From Eledone cirrhosa (taxonomy: Eukaryota), in assembly GCA_964016885.1 (NCBI GenBank), contig OZ024753.1, positions 14,694,001 through 14,758,000 of the forward strand: a stretch of DNA of 64,000 nt, written 5' to 3'. Under the pieces are notes generated by a model that saw only the letters and a program-made list of their open reading frames with translations, was not told the origin of the DNA and did no database searches. The position numbers and the translations under genes are program-made. The first letter of the stretch is position 1. Each line of letters starts with the position of its first letter. Below are positions 11,638 through 26,904 of the stretch, piece by piece.

Positions 11638-12904
11638 CAGGGTGTAGACAATATTTGTTTGCAATTTTCAACTGCTAATTTCATGCAAATTTTTTTTACA
11701 TTTCCATTATTTATTTTCAGAATAATTGATTATGAATAATTTTGAACCTCCAAATTTGTGGAAGAGACACAGAGTTCTTCTTGGAATCTGCGCCAAGAGG
11801 ACAAATAAGGAAATTTCAGACTTTCTCAGTGTCAGCAGGAGAATGGTGGAAAAGGTCAGAAAGGAATTGGAAGATTCAGGATTCGACTATGAAGCAACAT
11901 CAGAGAGGAAAACACATGATCGACGATCTGACTCCCTCAGAAGCCCGAGTTCGTCACTGAAGATCAGGATATCATCAACAATGAAACTAGCAAGTCGATG
12001 CGTGCCATTGCAAGGGAGAAAGGCGTGGATGAAAAGCTCATTAGGCTGGTGGTACATGAAGACATACGCTACGTTTCATACAAGATGAGGAAAGGACAAT
12101 TTCTTTCAAAGGCGATGCAAGAAAAGCGACTGAAGCATGCAAAGAAGCTGATCAACAAGTTGAAACACCCACTGGAGCGAGACATGTTGTGGTTTTTCTC
12201 CGACGAGAAAAACTTCTGCCAAGACCAGAAGATCAACTCCCAGAACAACAGGTGGCTCACTGTCTCATCCAAAGACGTGCCCAGAGTCATGCAGACAAAG
12301 TTTCCAGCGACAACATTGGTCTTAGGTGTCGTCAGCAGTCAAGGTGACCTCATCCCACCTCACTTCTTCCCTGAGGGCCTCAAGCTGAACACCGATGGCT
12401 ACATCCGCATTTTGAGCGAGGTAGTAAAGCCCTGGATCGACTAGGTAGCTGCAGGTAGGTCGTACGTGTGGCAGCAAGACTCAGCGCCCTGCCATACCAG
12501 CCAAAAGACCCAAGCCTGGCTGTCAACGAACTTCGTCGACCACACTTCACCTGACATCTGGCCTCCCAGCTTGCCTGACTGCAACCCCCTCGACTTCTTT
12601 GTGTGGGGCGCAGTGGAACGAGACACCAACAGATCTAGCTGCAATACGAAAGCCGATCTGAAGGTCAGGATCACAAGTGCCTTTAGGAGCCTAAGTTGGG
12701 GGATAGTGACGAAGGCTTGTAGCCGGTTCCGAGGCCACCTTGAGGCCGTCATCAAAGCCAATGGCGGGTTTATCGAGTGAGATCGAAAGAACAAGTCATG
12801 AAGACAAACTGACCCAAGTTTGATAAATATATCTTAAAAAATAAAACTACTGTGTTATTTTTTCTTAGACAGTAATCTTGCGAACAGATATCGTCCGCAC
12901 CCTG
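11638..12904 (+). mobile_element. Tc1/mariner DNA transposon, DD37D (maT) family, full length
   Basis: TA TSDs. ~27-bp imperfect TIRs CAGGGTGTAGACAATATTTGTTTGCAA and (reverse complement) CAGGGTGCGGACGATATCTGTTCGCAA. Confidence 0.93.
11732..12780 (+). pseudogene. Disrupted DD37D transposase
   Basis: HTH-like N-terminus, FFSDEK, WQQDSAP, PDCNPLD with 37 residues between the second and third D. Frameshift near 11940 and in-frame TAG at 12442-12444. Confidence 0.92.
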
Positions 12905-13052
12905 TATATAAATTTGGTTGGGCATCCACCTGTAAAAATCCCAGCCAAATTTACTCCTCCATCTGATCAAGGTACAGCACCACCAATCTGGCCTGACTTA
13001 TCTCATGACATGGACGACCCATCTAACCCATGCAAGCATGGAAAAATAGAAG

Positions 13053-13098
<46 letters not shown>

Positions 13099-13224
13099 AA
13101 AAGCTGTTTTAATGGCTGTTCTAGCAATTCGTTTTCTCATTTTTATGTGTATGTATATATATATATTTAACATAGAAATGGCTTCTACAGGACTAGAACT
13201 GTTTCATTCGGAAGAAATCATCAG

Positions 13225-13275
13225 GGCTTCCTGATGATTTCTCCCAAATGAAACAGTTCTAGTCCTGTAGAAACC
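13225..13275 (+). ncRNA. Type I hammerhead motif (family 1), back-to-back with an inverted partial copy at 13180-13224
   Basis: GGCTTC-CTGATGA-tttctcccaaat-GAAA-CAG ttctagtc CTG-TA-GAAACC (one stem I mismatch). Confidence 0.68.
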
Positions 13276-16037
13276 ATTTCTATATTAAATATTTATACTC
13301 TGCTATGTATTGAGTACCTTACTTACTGTGGTTACCCCCGACTGGACCTGGGATAAACATCTCTCTCTCTCTCACTCTCTCTATATATATATATATAGAT
13401 ATACCCCTCCAATCCCCATGCAACTCCTCCTCCCTAGCCTCAAGTCCACACTGAAAGTGGTTGTGTATGTATGTGTCATGACAAAAGCGCTCACCCCATG
13501 CTATAAAGTGGTTGTTGTTAGGAAGAACATTCAGCGATAGAAAACTTGCCAAAGAAAGGGTTAGGAGCATCCTTCATTTTATGTCAAAAGAGTACAACTT
13601 CTCCCTTGCACTTGATAGAATATATAATGAAATTGAAGCAAAATACAGACCCCTTGGCCTGTCAGAGGTCAGTAGCCCTGTTTCAGTACTGATCTGGTCT
13701 ATGTAAACCCATCCAACCCTTGCTAGCAGAGAAAACAGATATTAAACAATGATGATGATAAATATATTCACACATGCCCACACAGACATATTTAGTTTGC
13801 ATTACAAGTTAATGTGGTGTTGTTTTAACCTCTCCTCGAATGAAACAATTGTAAATATACGACTACTTTCATCCAATATATCCTTCAGTTATTTGTCTGC
13901 TGTCTTTTTGCCTATTGGACAATCCTTCTAAGGCTATCACATATATTCATAACCCTTGCATTACATATTTCAAATCATTAAAAAAAAAATTATCAAGATT
14001 TTGAAGAGATTTATCTCTTTATTAATTTGACATTTAGAGCATAACTTAACAAAGGTTCTTACATAAAATGATAGTTTCTGACTTAGGCAAAAGACTGAGA
14101 AACTTTTGGGGAGGAAAAAGTTGATTAAATCAACCGCAGTACTTTATTTTAGCGACCCTGTAAGGATGAAAAGCAAAGTTAACCTTGGCAGGATTCGGAC
14201 TCAGAATGTAAATGCCCAGAATTAATGCTTCAAAGCATCAAACGTTCTGACATAGAGTAATGATTGATGATCTTAACCCTTAACCCTTTTCATTACCATA
14301 TTTTGTATGAATGACACTACCTATGATTTTCAAATTTTTTAGGAAATTATCAAGAATTTGGAAGGATTTAATAATATAACTTTCACATTATAATGTTTAG
14401 TAAAGGGTGATGGATTGGCAGAATCAGTAGAGCATCGGACACCATGCTTTGCAGCATAGAGTTACGGTCCTTTACGTTCTGAGTTCAAATCCCGCCAAGG
14501 TTAGCTTTGTCTGTCGTCCTTATGGGGTCGATAAAGTAAAGCACCAGTAATGTACTGGGGTTGATTTAATCTACGTTCCTCTCCATTGCTGGCCTTATGC
14601 TTAAAGTAGAAACAGTTATTATATTTAGTAATATAACTTTTTCATTATTAACCCTTTAGCATTTAAACCCGCTGCATCTGTCCAAACCAGTCAGAACTGG
14701 CCACTCATACTGATGTTATGGTGTTGTTCTCAAAATAAATAACATCAAAATCTCATAGCTTTGATATTATGTGAGAGAATTATGAGATATAAAGCCTTTA
14801 CCATGAAAATATAATTGTTTCTACTTTAGGCACAAGGCCAGCAATTACCCAGTGCATTACTGGTACTTTATTTTATCGACCCCGTAAGGATGAAAGGCAA
14901 ATAATAGTATATATAATGTAATGTAAATGCTAAAGGGTTAAGTTGGTATTTGGTTTTTACATAAAATTATGATAGAAGGATTTTAGGGAAATATAAAATC
15001 CCTTTAAAATAAATAGTTTTTTTATCATAAAAAGATGTGGACTTGTGTGTATGTATGTGTGTCTGTGGAGGGGAAAATATGGACTTGTATGTGTGTGCGT
15101 GTGTGTGTGTGGAGGAGAGGATGTGGGCGTGTGTGTGTGTGTATGTGTGTGTGGAGGGGTCAATGTGGGCTTGTGTGTATGTGTGTGTGTGTGGGGGGAA
15201 GATGTGGGCTTGTGCATGTGTGCATGTACATGTGAATGAGAGAGAGTGTGTGTGTGTGTGTGTGTGCACGTCTGTGTGTGCATGTAAGTGTGTGGATATA
15301 TGTGTGAATGTGTGTGTGTGTGCGTCTGTGTGAGCATGTATGTGTGAATGAGAGAGTGTGTCTGTGTGTGCATGTGTGTGTTCGCAAGTAGATGTGTGGA
15401 TGAGAGAGTGTGTCTGTGTGCATGCAGATGTGTGAATGAGAGGGTGTGTGTGTGTGTGTGCGTGCACATATGTGTGTGCATATATGTGTGAATGAGAGTG
15501 TGTATGTGTGTGTGTGTGTGCGTGCACATATGTGTGTGCATATATGTGTGAATGAGAGTGTGTATGTGTGTGTGTGTCTGTTTGCGTATACAGATGTATT
15601 AAAACATACATGTGTACGTATGTGAGAAAAAGTGTTTTATGACAATATTTCATTATGATTTTCAAATGATTAATTGTAATATAAAAGTTAACCCTACAAC
15701 AGCAAAACCATTGCAACAAGACAGCCAATAATATGTAAAGTGAATCTAAACTATTATAAAGTAAGAAGTGCAGGACTGCGTACAGTTTATAATTTTTTAT
15801 CCCATTAGTAAAATAAGTGGTGGGTGCTATTTTTTCGTGGCGCCTACACGACCACTTTGCAGTGGAATGATAGGGACCCCAGTCCCTATAATCTTATTTC
15901 TACCGCTGAGTAAACTGGACCAATGTGAAATAAAGTGTCTTGCTCAAGGAAACAACACATCACCCGGTCCAAGAATTGAACTCACAACCTTTCGATTGCA
16001 AGCCCAATGCTCTAACCACTAAGCCATGCACCTTCAT

Positions 16038-16206
<169 letters not shown>

Positions 16207-16240
16207 ACTCCTGCGTTTGTCTGTTTTCTGTTATTCCGAA

Positions 16241-16338
<98 letters not shown>

Positions 16339-17986
16339 TCTTCTTTCCCAAGTATTTAGCTGAATAGGGTCTTAAATAAATCCTAATTTAAAGGTGGTTG
16401 TGCTGGTGACACAAGAAAAAGCATCTGATCCACCCTGTAAGGTGGTTGTGCTGGTGACATAATAAAAAGTGCCAAGTCCACACTGCAATGTGGTTGGTCT
16501 TAGGAAAGGCATCCAACCGTGAAGAACAAGCCAAAATACAGATCTGTATGGGCATGATGTTGTCTTTGAACTGGACTTGTCTCATAACGTTACAACCCAT
16601 TTAACCTATGCAAACATCGAAAATGGACGTTAAATGATATATATATATATATATATATATATAGTATAATGTGGGTAACAATAAATATTACCCAGTTACA
16701 AGTATGAAAATAGCCCAATGTAAATTACCAAGTATACTACAGAGTCAAAATCTAAACTATAATAAAGTAAGGAGTGCGGTACTGCGAACGGTTTATAATT
16801 TTTTATCCCATTAGTAAAATAAGTTGGATTACTTTGAATAAATAATGAATGAATGTTACATAATTTATCTACTAAATTTCGTGACTGGTGATTAAATATA
16901 TTTTGTTTATTTAAAGATTCAATTATTTAAAATTTCTGAAATGTCAACACTTTCGGTTGGCCGTCGCTTAAATAAACATACTTATTTTCTGTCACAAATT
17001 TTCTCCTTATGCAGTTTATATATAATATCGTCTTTTTAAAGTATCATGGATTACTTTACTGATTACATAAGACAGTGTAACACAGTCTTTGTTCAATTTC
17101 TATGTATTATATATTGTCAATTACAATTTTATTTGATGTATCATATCTACATGTATATATACCTGCGTATAATATCAATATACACACTACACTTGCTAGC
17201 AGAAAACCACCCGAAGGGTGGTTTTCTGTTAGTACAATATAAATGGCAATCAAAGAGTGTTTAAAACATTTAATCACTGGCAATCAAAGAGTGTTTAAAA
17301 CATTTAATCACTTACATTTATATTGATATATGTATATATATATTTTTAAATGTTGACTAGTTTCAGTCTCGTGACTAGTTTCAGTCTCGTGACTAGTTTC
17401 AGTCTCGTGACTGCAGCCATACAGAGAGACTGCCTTGAAGGGATTTTAGTCCATCATATTGATTGACTTTTTTAAATCTGGTATTTATATTTTCTATCAA
17501 TTGCTGAACTGCTAAGTTACAGTACATAAACAGTTAACATCAGTACAGACATGAATAAACATGTAAAAACACATATATATATACATTATACACAAGCACA
17601 TTCTCACACAAATGGACACATATATATATATACACATTTATATATACACACCAACACATATATATACACACACACACAAACATTTATGTATATACACACC
17701 AACATACACATATATATGTACACATATATACACACACACATATGTGTATACATATATATATGTGTTTACCATTGTTTAGACAGAGAGAAAGGGCCAGCAT
17801 TCACTACCTATTAAAGGGTTCTGAGTTTGGAGGTAAGTAGGCCTAAACAGGACACCTGGCCCAAATGTTTGCCACACACTCTGCTAAAGGTAAGGTCCAA
17901 GAGGCAACATTAACCCTTCAATAATCAAACCGGCCCAAACTGGCCAGAATTCTCTACCGTTTCTGTTGAAACTGGCTGGTTTTCTG

Positions 17987-20900
17987 TATATATAATTTAG
18001 TATATATATATTTTAGTATATATATAATTTAGTATATATATAATTTAGTATATATATAATTTAGTATATATATAATTTAGTATATATAATTTAGTATATA
18101 TATAATTTACTATATATATAATTTAGTATATATAATTTAGTACATATATAATTTAGTATATATAATTTAGTATATATAATTTAGTATATATATAATTTGG
18201 TATATATATAATTTACTATATATATAATTTACTATATATATAATTTAGTATATATATAATTTAGTATATATAATTTAGTATATATATAATTTAGTATATA
18301 TATAATTTAGTATATATATAATTTAGTATATATATAATTTAGAATATATATAATTTAGTATATATATAATTTAGTATATATAATTTAGTATATATATAAT
18401 TTAGTATATATATAATTTAGTATATATATAATTTAGTATATATATAATTTAGTATATATAATTTAGTATATATATAATTTAGTATATATAATTTAATATA
18501 TATAATTTAGTATATATATAATTTAGTATATATATAATTTAGTATATAATTTAGTATATATAATTTAGTATATATAATTTAGTATATATAATTTAGTATA
18601 TATATAATTTAGTATATATAATTTAGTATATATAATTTAGTATATATATAATTTAGTATATATATAATTTAGTATATATATAATTTAGTATATATATAAT
18701 TTAGTATATATATAATTTAGTATATATATAATTTAGTATATATAATTTAGTATATATATAATTTAGTATATATATAATTTAGTATATATATAATTTAGTA
18801 TATATAATTTAGTATATATATAATTTAGTATATATAATTTAATATATATAATTTAGTATATATATAATTTAGTATATATATAATTTAGTATATATATAAT
18901 TTAGTATATATAATTTAGTATATATATAATTTAGTATATATATAATTTAGTATATATATAATTTAGTATATATATATAATTTAGTATATATATATAATTT
19001 AGTATATATATAATTTAGTATATATATAATTTAGTATATATATAATTTAATATATATAATTTAGTATATATATAATTTAGTATATATAATTTAGTATATA
19101 TAATTTAGTATATATAATTTAGTATATATATAATTTAGTATATATAATTTAGTATATATATAATTTAGTATATATAATTCAGTATATATATAATTTAGCA
19201 TATATAATTTAGTATATTTATAATTTAGTATATATATAATTTAGTATATATAATTTAGTATATATATAATTTAGTATATATATAATTTAGTATATATATA
19301 ATTTAGTATATATATAATTTAGTATATATATAATTTAGTATATATATAATTTAGTATATATATAATTTAGTATATATATAATTTAGTATATATAATTTAG
19401 TATATATATAATTTAGTATATATAATTTAATATATATAATTTAGTATATATATAATTTAGTATATATATAATTTAGTATATAATTTAGTATATATAATTT
19501 AGTATATATATAATTTAGTATATATATAATTTAGTATATATATAATTTAGTATATATATAATTTAGTATATATATAATTTAGTATATATAATTTAGTATA
19601 TATATAATTTAGTATATATATAATTTAGTATATATATAATTTAGTATATATATAATTTAGTATATATAATTTAGTATATATATAATTTAGTATATATAAT
19701 TTAGTATATATATAATTTACTATATATATAATTTAGTATATATATAATTTAGTATATATATATAATTTAGTATATTTATATAATTTAGTATATATAATTT
19801 AGTATATATATAATTTAGTATATATATAATTTAGTATATATATAATTTAGTATATATATAATTTAGTATATATATATAATTTAGTATATATATATAATTT
19901 AGTATATATATAATTTAGTATATATATAATTTAGTATATATATAATTTAATATATATAATTTAGTATATATATAATTTAGTATATATAATTTAGTATATA
20001 TAATTTAGTATATATAATTTAGTATATATATAATTTAGTATATATAATTTAGTATATATATAATTTAGTATATATAATTCAGTATATATATAATTTAGCA
20101 TATATAATTTAGTATATTTATAATTTAGTATATATATAATTTAGTATATATAATTTAGTATACATAATTTAATATATATATAATTTAGTATATATATAAT
20201 TTAGTATATATATAATTTAGTATATATAATTTAGTATATATAATTTAGTATATATAATTTAGTATATATATAATTTATATATAATTCAGTATATATATAA
20301 TTTAGTATATATATAATTTAGTATATATAATTTAGTATATATATAATTTAGTATATATATAATTTAGTATATATATAATTTAGTATATATATAATTTAGT
20401 ATATATAATTTAGTATATATATAATTTAGTATATATAATTTATTATATATATAATTTAGTATATATATAATTTAGTATATATAATTTAGTATATATAATT
20501 TAGTATATATAATTTAGTATATATATAATTTAGTATATATATAATTTAGTATATATATAATTTAGTATATATATAATTTAGTATATATATAATTTAGTAT
20601 ATATATAATTTAGTATATATATAATTTAATATATATAATTTAGTATATATATAATTTAGTATATATATAATTTAGTATATATAATTTAGTATATATATAA
20701 TTTAGTATATATATAATTTAGTATATATATAATTTAGTATATATATAATTTAGTATATATATATAATTTAGTATATATATATAATTTAGTATATATATAA
20801 TTTAGTATATATATAATTTAGTATATATATAATTTAATATATATAATTTAGTATATATATAATTTAGTATATATAATTTAGTATATATAATTTAGTATAT

Positions 20901-21689
20901 ATAATTTAGTATATATATAATTTAGTATATATAATTTAGTATATATATAATTTAGTATATATAATTCAGTATATATATAATTTAGCATATATAATTTAGT
21001 ATATTTATAATTTAGTATATATATAATTTAGTATATATAATTTAGTATACATAATTTAATATATATATAATTTAGTATATATATAATTTAGTATATATAT
21101 AATTTAGTATATATAATTTAGTATATATAATTTAGTATATATATAATTTAGTATATATAATTCAGTATATATATAATTTAGTATATATATAATTTAGTAT
21201 ATATAATTTAGTATATATATAATTTAGTATATATATAATTTAGTATATATAATTTTGTATATATAATTTAGTATATATAATTTAGTATATATAGTTTAGT
21301 ATATATATAATTTAGTATATATAATTTAGTATATATATAATTTAGTATATATATAATTTAGTATATATAATTTAGTATATATATAATTTAGTATATATAA
21401 TTTAGTGTATATATAATTTAGTGTATATATAATTTAGTATATATATAATTTAGTATATATATAATTTAGTATATATATAATTTAGTATATATATAATTTA
21501 GTATATATAATTTAGTCTATATAATTTAGTGTATATAATTTAGTATATATAATTTAGTATATAATTTAGTATATATATAATTTAGTATATATAATTTTAT
21601 ATATAATTTAGTGTATATATAATTTAGTCTATATAATTTAGTATATATATATAATTTAGTATATATATAATTTAGTATATATAATTTAG
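17987..21689. repeat. 3.7-kb AT-rich satellite (ATTTAG(TA)3-6)n with ~900-bp higher-order duplication
   Basis: The rare variant cluster (TTCAG, TTAGCA, TATTTA) recurs at ~19180, ~20080 and ~20965. Confidence 0.95.
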
Positions 21690-22139
21690 AAACCAAAGCC
21701 CTCACTGTATTTTTGACCAAAGGAATTTTAGGCTGATAGAGGGGTTTAGAGCATGTAGGTCAATACTTATCTTTTTCCATTTCTTAGAGGGTTCTAAACC
21801 CCATTATCAGACTAACCCCATTATCAGACTAAGGGCGGTGGATTGGCAGTATCGGTAGAGGGTCGGACGCCATGCTTTCCAGCATAGTTACGTCCCTTTA
21901 CCATCTGAGTTCAAATCCCGCCGAGGTTGACTTTGCCTTTCATCCTTACGGGGTCGATAAAATAAAGTACCAGTAATGCACTGGTAATTGCTGGCCCTGT
22001 GCCTAAAGTAGAAACAATTATCAGACTAAAATTTATTTAGTCAAAAATATGGTGAGGGCTTCTGTTTCTAATTACAAACTTGCTCACTGTTTCAAAACTA
22101 ACTTACTTATATATATGTATATATATATGTGTGTGTGTG

Positions 22140-22170
<31 letters not shown>

Positions 22171-22264
22171 GCATATATATATACACACATACACACATAT
22201 ATATATATACACACACATACACATATATATACACACATACACACATATATATATACACACACAT

Positions 22265-22307
<43 letters not shown>

Positions 22308-23527
22308 TATACACATATATATATATATATATACACATACATAGAGAGAGGAGGAGAGAAAGAGAGGAGGGGGAGAGAGATAAAGGAGAGAGAGAGGGAT
22401 AAAGTGATGATCAATAATTTGAATTGATTGTGAGTGAAGTTCAGGCAAATCTTATTAATGAAACCAGTGATCGATTGAACACCTTTAAGACCAGGTAAAC
22501 AAGAGTTATACAAAATACCCCCGCCCCCCTCATATTCCAGGTAGATCTGTCGTCTCAGAAATAACAAGTAGCTATAAACTTTTCTTTTATGGTCGTTGTT
22601 AATCCTCAGGTAAGTTTAATCAAGTTGATCAATGATCAAAGACATTCGAGGTGTGACCATGCTATTTTAATTTCTAGATGTAATGTGTCTAGAACTAGTA
22701 AGGTCAGCTGAAATGTTCATAAGCTGACCAAGATACTCTCATGGAATGACCAAATGAGGTTTGTTTTTCAACATAGTCAACAGAAAGAAACAATGCAGTT
22801 ATTAATAAGAAGAGTTGATATTAATGCATGCAAGATTTCACAGCACTAGCATCACTCCTTCATAGTCAACCGATGAACGTTTTAGCTAACCCTTGAACAT
22901 TATTCAAAACACCTTTCATATTTTAAGATAGTAGGGTGTGATTTAAGAAAGCTTTTGCTGCTATTTCTTTCATCTCAAGTTACTCCAGAGATGTCCCATC
23001 TAGTCTCAGCCATGTTCGAACAAACCTGTTATGAAAATCATTCCAGTCACAATCCTCTTTTAAGCTATATTATATCTCAAATTACTTTATCTAATATGGA
23101 GGTCTTCATTTTGTTTTTTTTATATTTAAGATTGTTAAGTGTGTTCAAGGTTAGCTTTGCCTTTCCTGCAGTCATGGTTGATAAAATTTACCAGTTTAGA
23201 ACTGGGGTCGATTCTTGTGTAAAATTCTTTCATGGATGTTAGTTCGTTACTGGGGAGAAACATTTTTTAGGGGTGTTATAAAATATATTTTAACCAAATA
23301 TATTTTATAACACGGTGGTGAATTGGCATTATCAATAGAGGGTTGGACGCCATGCTTTCTAACATAGTTACGTCCCTTTACGGTTTGAGTTCAAATCCCG
23401 TCGAGGTTAACTTTGCCTTTCATCCTTACGGGGTCGATAAAATAAAGTACCAGTAATGTACTGGTTTATTGCTGGCCTTGTGCCAAAAGTAGAAACAATT
23501 ATTTTTGTTTTATTATTAATAAAACAA

Positions 23528-23926
23528 GGGTGGTGATTGGCAGTATCGGTAGAGGGTCGGACGCCATGCTTTGCAGCACAGAGTTACGGCCCTTTACGGT
23601 CCGAGTTCAAATCCCGCCGAGGTTAACTTTGCCTTTCATCCTTATGGGGTCGATAAAATAAAGCACCAGTAACATATTAGCGGTCAACTTTCCCCTCCCT
23701 TGAAATTACTGGTCTTGATCCTATAGTAGAAATATTATGGAGGTGGATTGGCAGTATCAGTAGAGAGTCGGACGCCATGCTTTGCAGCAAAGAGTTACGG
23801 CCCTTTATGGTCTGAGTTCAAATCCCGCCGAGGTTAACTTTGCCTTTCATCCTTACGAGGGTCGATAAAATAAAGTACCAGTAATACACTGGGATAATTG
23901 CTGGCCTTGTGCCAAAAGTAGAAACA
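23528..23926 (+). mobile_element. Head-to-tail dimer of SINE B flanked by a single TSD
   Basis: ATTATTAATAAAACAA at 23512-23527 and 23927-23942 brackets two monomers. Confidence 0.72.
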
Positions 23927-24602
23927 ATTATTAATAAAACAAAAAAATTACAAATAATGTCCAAATTTTTCTGGGGACCACCAAAATTTTCACTTGAACC
24001 ACCGGTGGTTCACAGACCTCCGGTTGCCAATTGCTGGACTAGAGTAATATGCAATAAAGTGTCTTACTGAAGGACAGATTGTGCTTCCTGTTTTGGGAAT
24101 CAAACTCATGACCTTGCAATCATGAGCCAAACAGCTTAACCTCATGTCTTCACAGCCTCTAACTAAATGATCAATTTTTACGTTTTTTTTAAATTTTTTT
24201 TTTATAAAACACAAAAGTCCGGTTAATTTATATTTTAAATAGATTTACCTGATAACCTTTTATGTTCCCCATTAACTACAATGATATTTCACTTATTGAC
24301 CTTTAATGCCCCCTAAGGATTTAAGTTTCCTCCCTCCCTTCCCACCATAGACAGAAATAACCCTCTCTACTCGTTAAATCAATGATTGCTAAGTGGTATG
24401 GTTCACCCCTACCCCCTCTCTCAAATCAAAAAAGATATCATCATCATCATCATCACTGTTACCCATCCCCTCTGCTCTATCTCTCTCTCTCTCACTATAT
24501 ATATATATCTTTCTCTCTCACTATATATATATATCTTTCTCTCTCACTATATATATATATATATATATCTTTCTCTCTCACTATATATATCTCTTTCTCT
24601 CC

Positions 24603-24646
<44 letters not shown>

Positions 24647-24891
24647 TTCTCTCTCACTATCTCTCTCTCTCTATATATATCTCTTACTCTCTCTCTCTCC
24701 CTATCTCTATATATATCTCTCCCTTGCTCTCTCTCTCTCTCTTACTCTCTCACTATCTCCCTCTCTCTCCCTATCTCTATATATATCTCTCCCTTGCTCT
24801 CTCACTATCTCTCTCTATATATATATATATCTTACTCTCTCTCTCTCCCTATCTCTATATATATCTCTCCCTTGCTCTCTCTCTCTCACTA

Positions 24892-24922
<31 letters not shown>

Positions 24923-24980
24923 CTTACTCTCTCTCTCTCCCTATCTCTATATATCTCTCTCCCTTGCTCTCTCTCTCTCA

Positions 24981-25012
<32 letters not shown>

Positions 25013-25199
25013 CTTACTCTCTCTCTCTCCCTATCTCTATATATCTCTCCCCTCTCCCTTTCTAAGGAATAGAAACGAGAAACTAACGTTATTCTCCAAA
25101 CTTCAGTCTTTCTGCCATAAAACTTAATGCAAAGTTGATTTATGTTTTCCGGATAAAAATTTATAACAAATGCATTTCTGTATACATACATATACACAA

Positions 25200-25935
25200 A
25201 CAGCCTCTTGTGCATACATATACACACACAGCCTCTCGTGCATACATATACACACACAGCCTCTCATGCATACATATACACACAGCCTCTCATGCATACA
25301 TATACACACAGCCTCCCATGCATACATATACACATACATACACACACAGCCTCTCATGCATACATATACACATACAGCCTCTCATGCATACATATACACA
25401 CACAGCCTCTCTCATGCATACATATACACACACAGCCTCTCGTGCATACATATATACACACAGCCTCTCATGCATACATATACACACACAGCCTCTCGTG
25501 CATACATATACACACACAGCCTCTCATGCATACATATACACACACAGCCTCTCGTGCATACATATATACACACAGCCTCTCATGCATACATATACACACA
25601 CAGCCTCTCGTGCATACATATACACACACAGCCTCTCATGCATACATATACACACACAGCCTCCCATGCATACATATACACACAGCCTCTCATGCATACA
25701 TATACACACAGCCTCCCATGCATACATATACACACACATACATACACACACAGCCTCTCATGCATACATATACACACACAGCCTCTCATGCATACATATA
25801 CACACACATACATACACACACAGCCTCTCATGCATACATATACACACACAGCCTCTCATGCATACTTATACACACACAGCCTCTCATGCATACATATACG
25901 CACATATACATAGATACACAGTCTCTCATGCATAC
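25200..25935. repeat. ~26-28-bp minisatellite CAGCCTCTCATGCATACATATACACACA
   Basis: Direct tandem reading. Confidence 0.92.
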
Positions 25936-26456
25936 ATATACACATACATACACAGTCTCTCTCACACATACATACATACACAGTCTCTCTCACATACATA
26001 TATACAGTCTCTCATATACATAACATCCCACACATACTCATATATACAGCATCACACACATTCTCGCACACACACTCACATATACAGCATCACACACACA
26101 TGCACATAAGCACCATCGCACACACACACACACATATATACACACACTCTCTCGCATAAACACAGCATCACACATTCTCACACACATTCTCACACACTCA
26201 CATATACAGCATCACACACACACCACGCACACACACATATATACACAATTGGCAACATCTACACATCCACAAACACACACACAAACGCACACACATCCAT
26301 TCACATACATATACAAATGGTAATATACACACACACACACACACACACATACATACACATACACACATGGCAACATCCACACACACATTTTCAAAGCAAT
26401 TGTCAGACATTAAGTTCTGCTGCCACATGTACAGCTTGGCTTTAAAGTGGTCATGT

Positions 26457-26501
<45 letters not shown>

Positions 26502-26904
26502 GGGCAACATCCAAACACACATACACACATACACACAAACAAACATACACACACACACACACACACACATACACACACAAAAGGGCAACATCCACACACA
26601 CTTTTGGAGCAATTGTAAGATATAAAGTTTTACAGCCAAAGGTAATAATTGTTTCTACTTTTGGCACAAGGCCAGCAATTATTCCAGTATATTACTGGTA
26701 CTTTATTTTATCGACCCCGTAAGGATGAAAGGTAAAGTTAACCTCGGCGGGATTTGAACTCAGATCGTAAAGGGACGTAACTATGCTGGAAAGCATGTCC
26801 GACACTCTACCGATACTGCCAATTCACCGTGTTCAGTTTGGTTTTAAAGTGGTCATGTGACATTTTGATTACTTTCCTGGAAGAATCCAGGAAAGGAACC
26901 ACAA

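Noticed and set aside
26385-26890. FKAKLYMWQQNL peptide suggesting a hAT transposase fossil
   Set aside because: Too short and interrupted by microsatellite and SINE to support a call.
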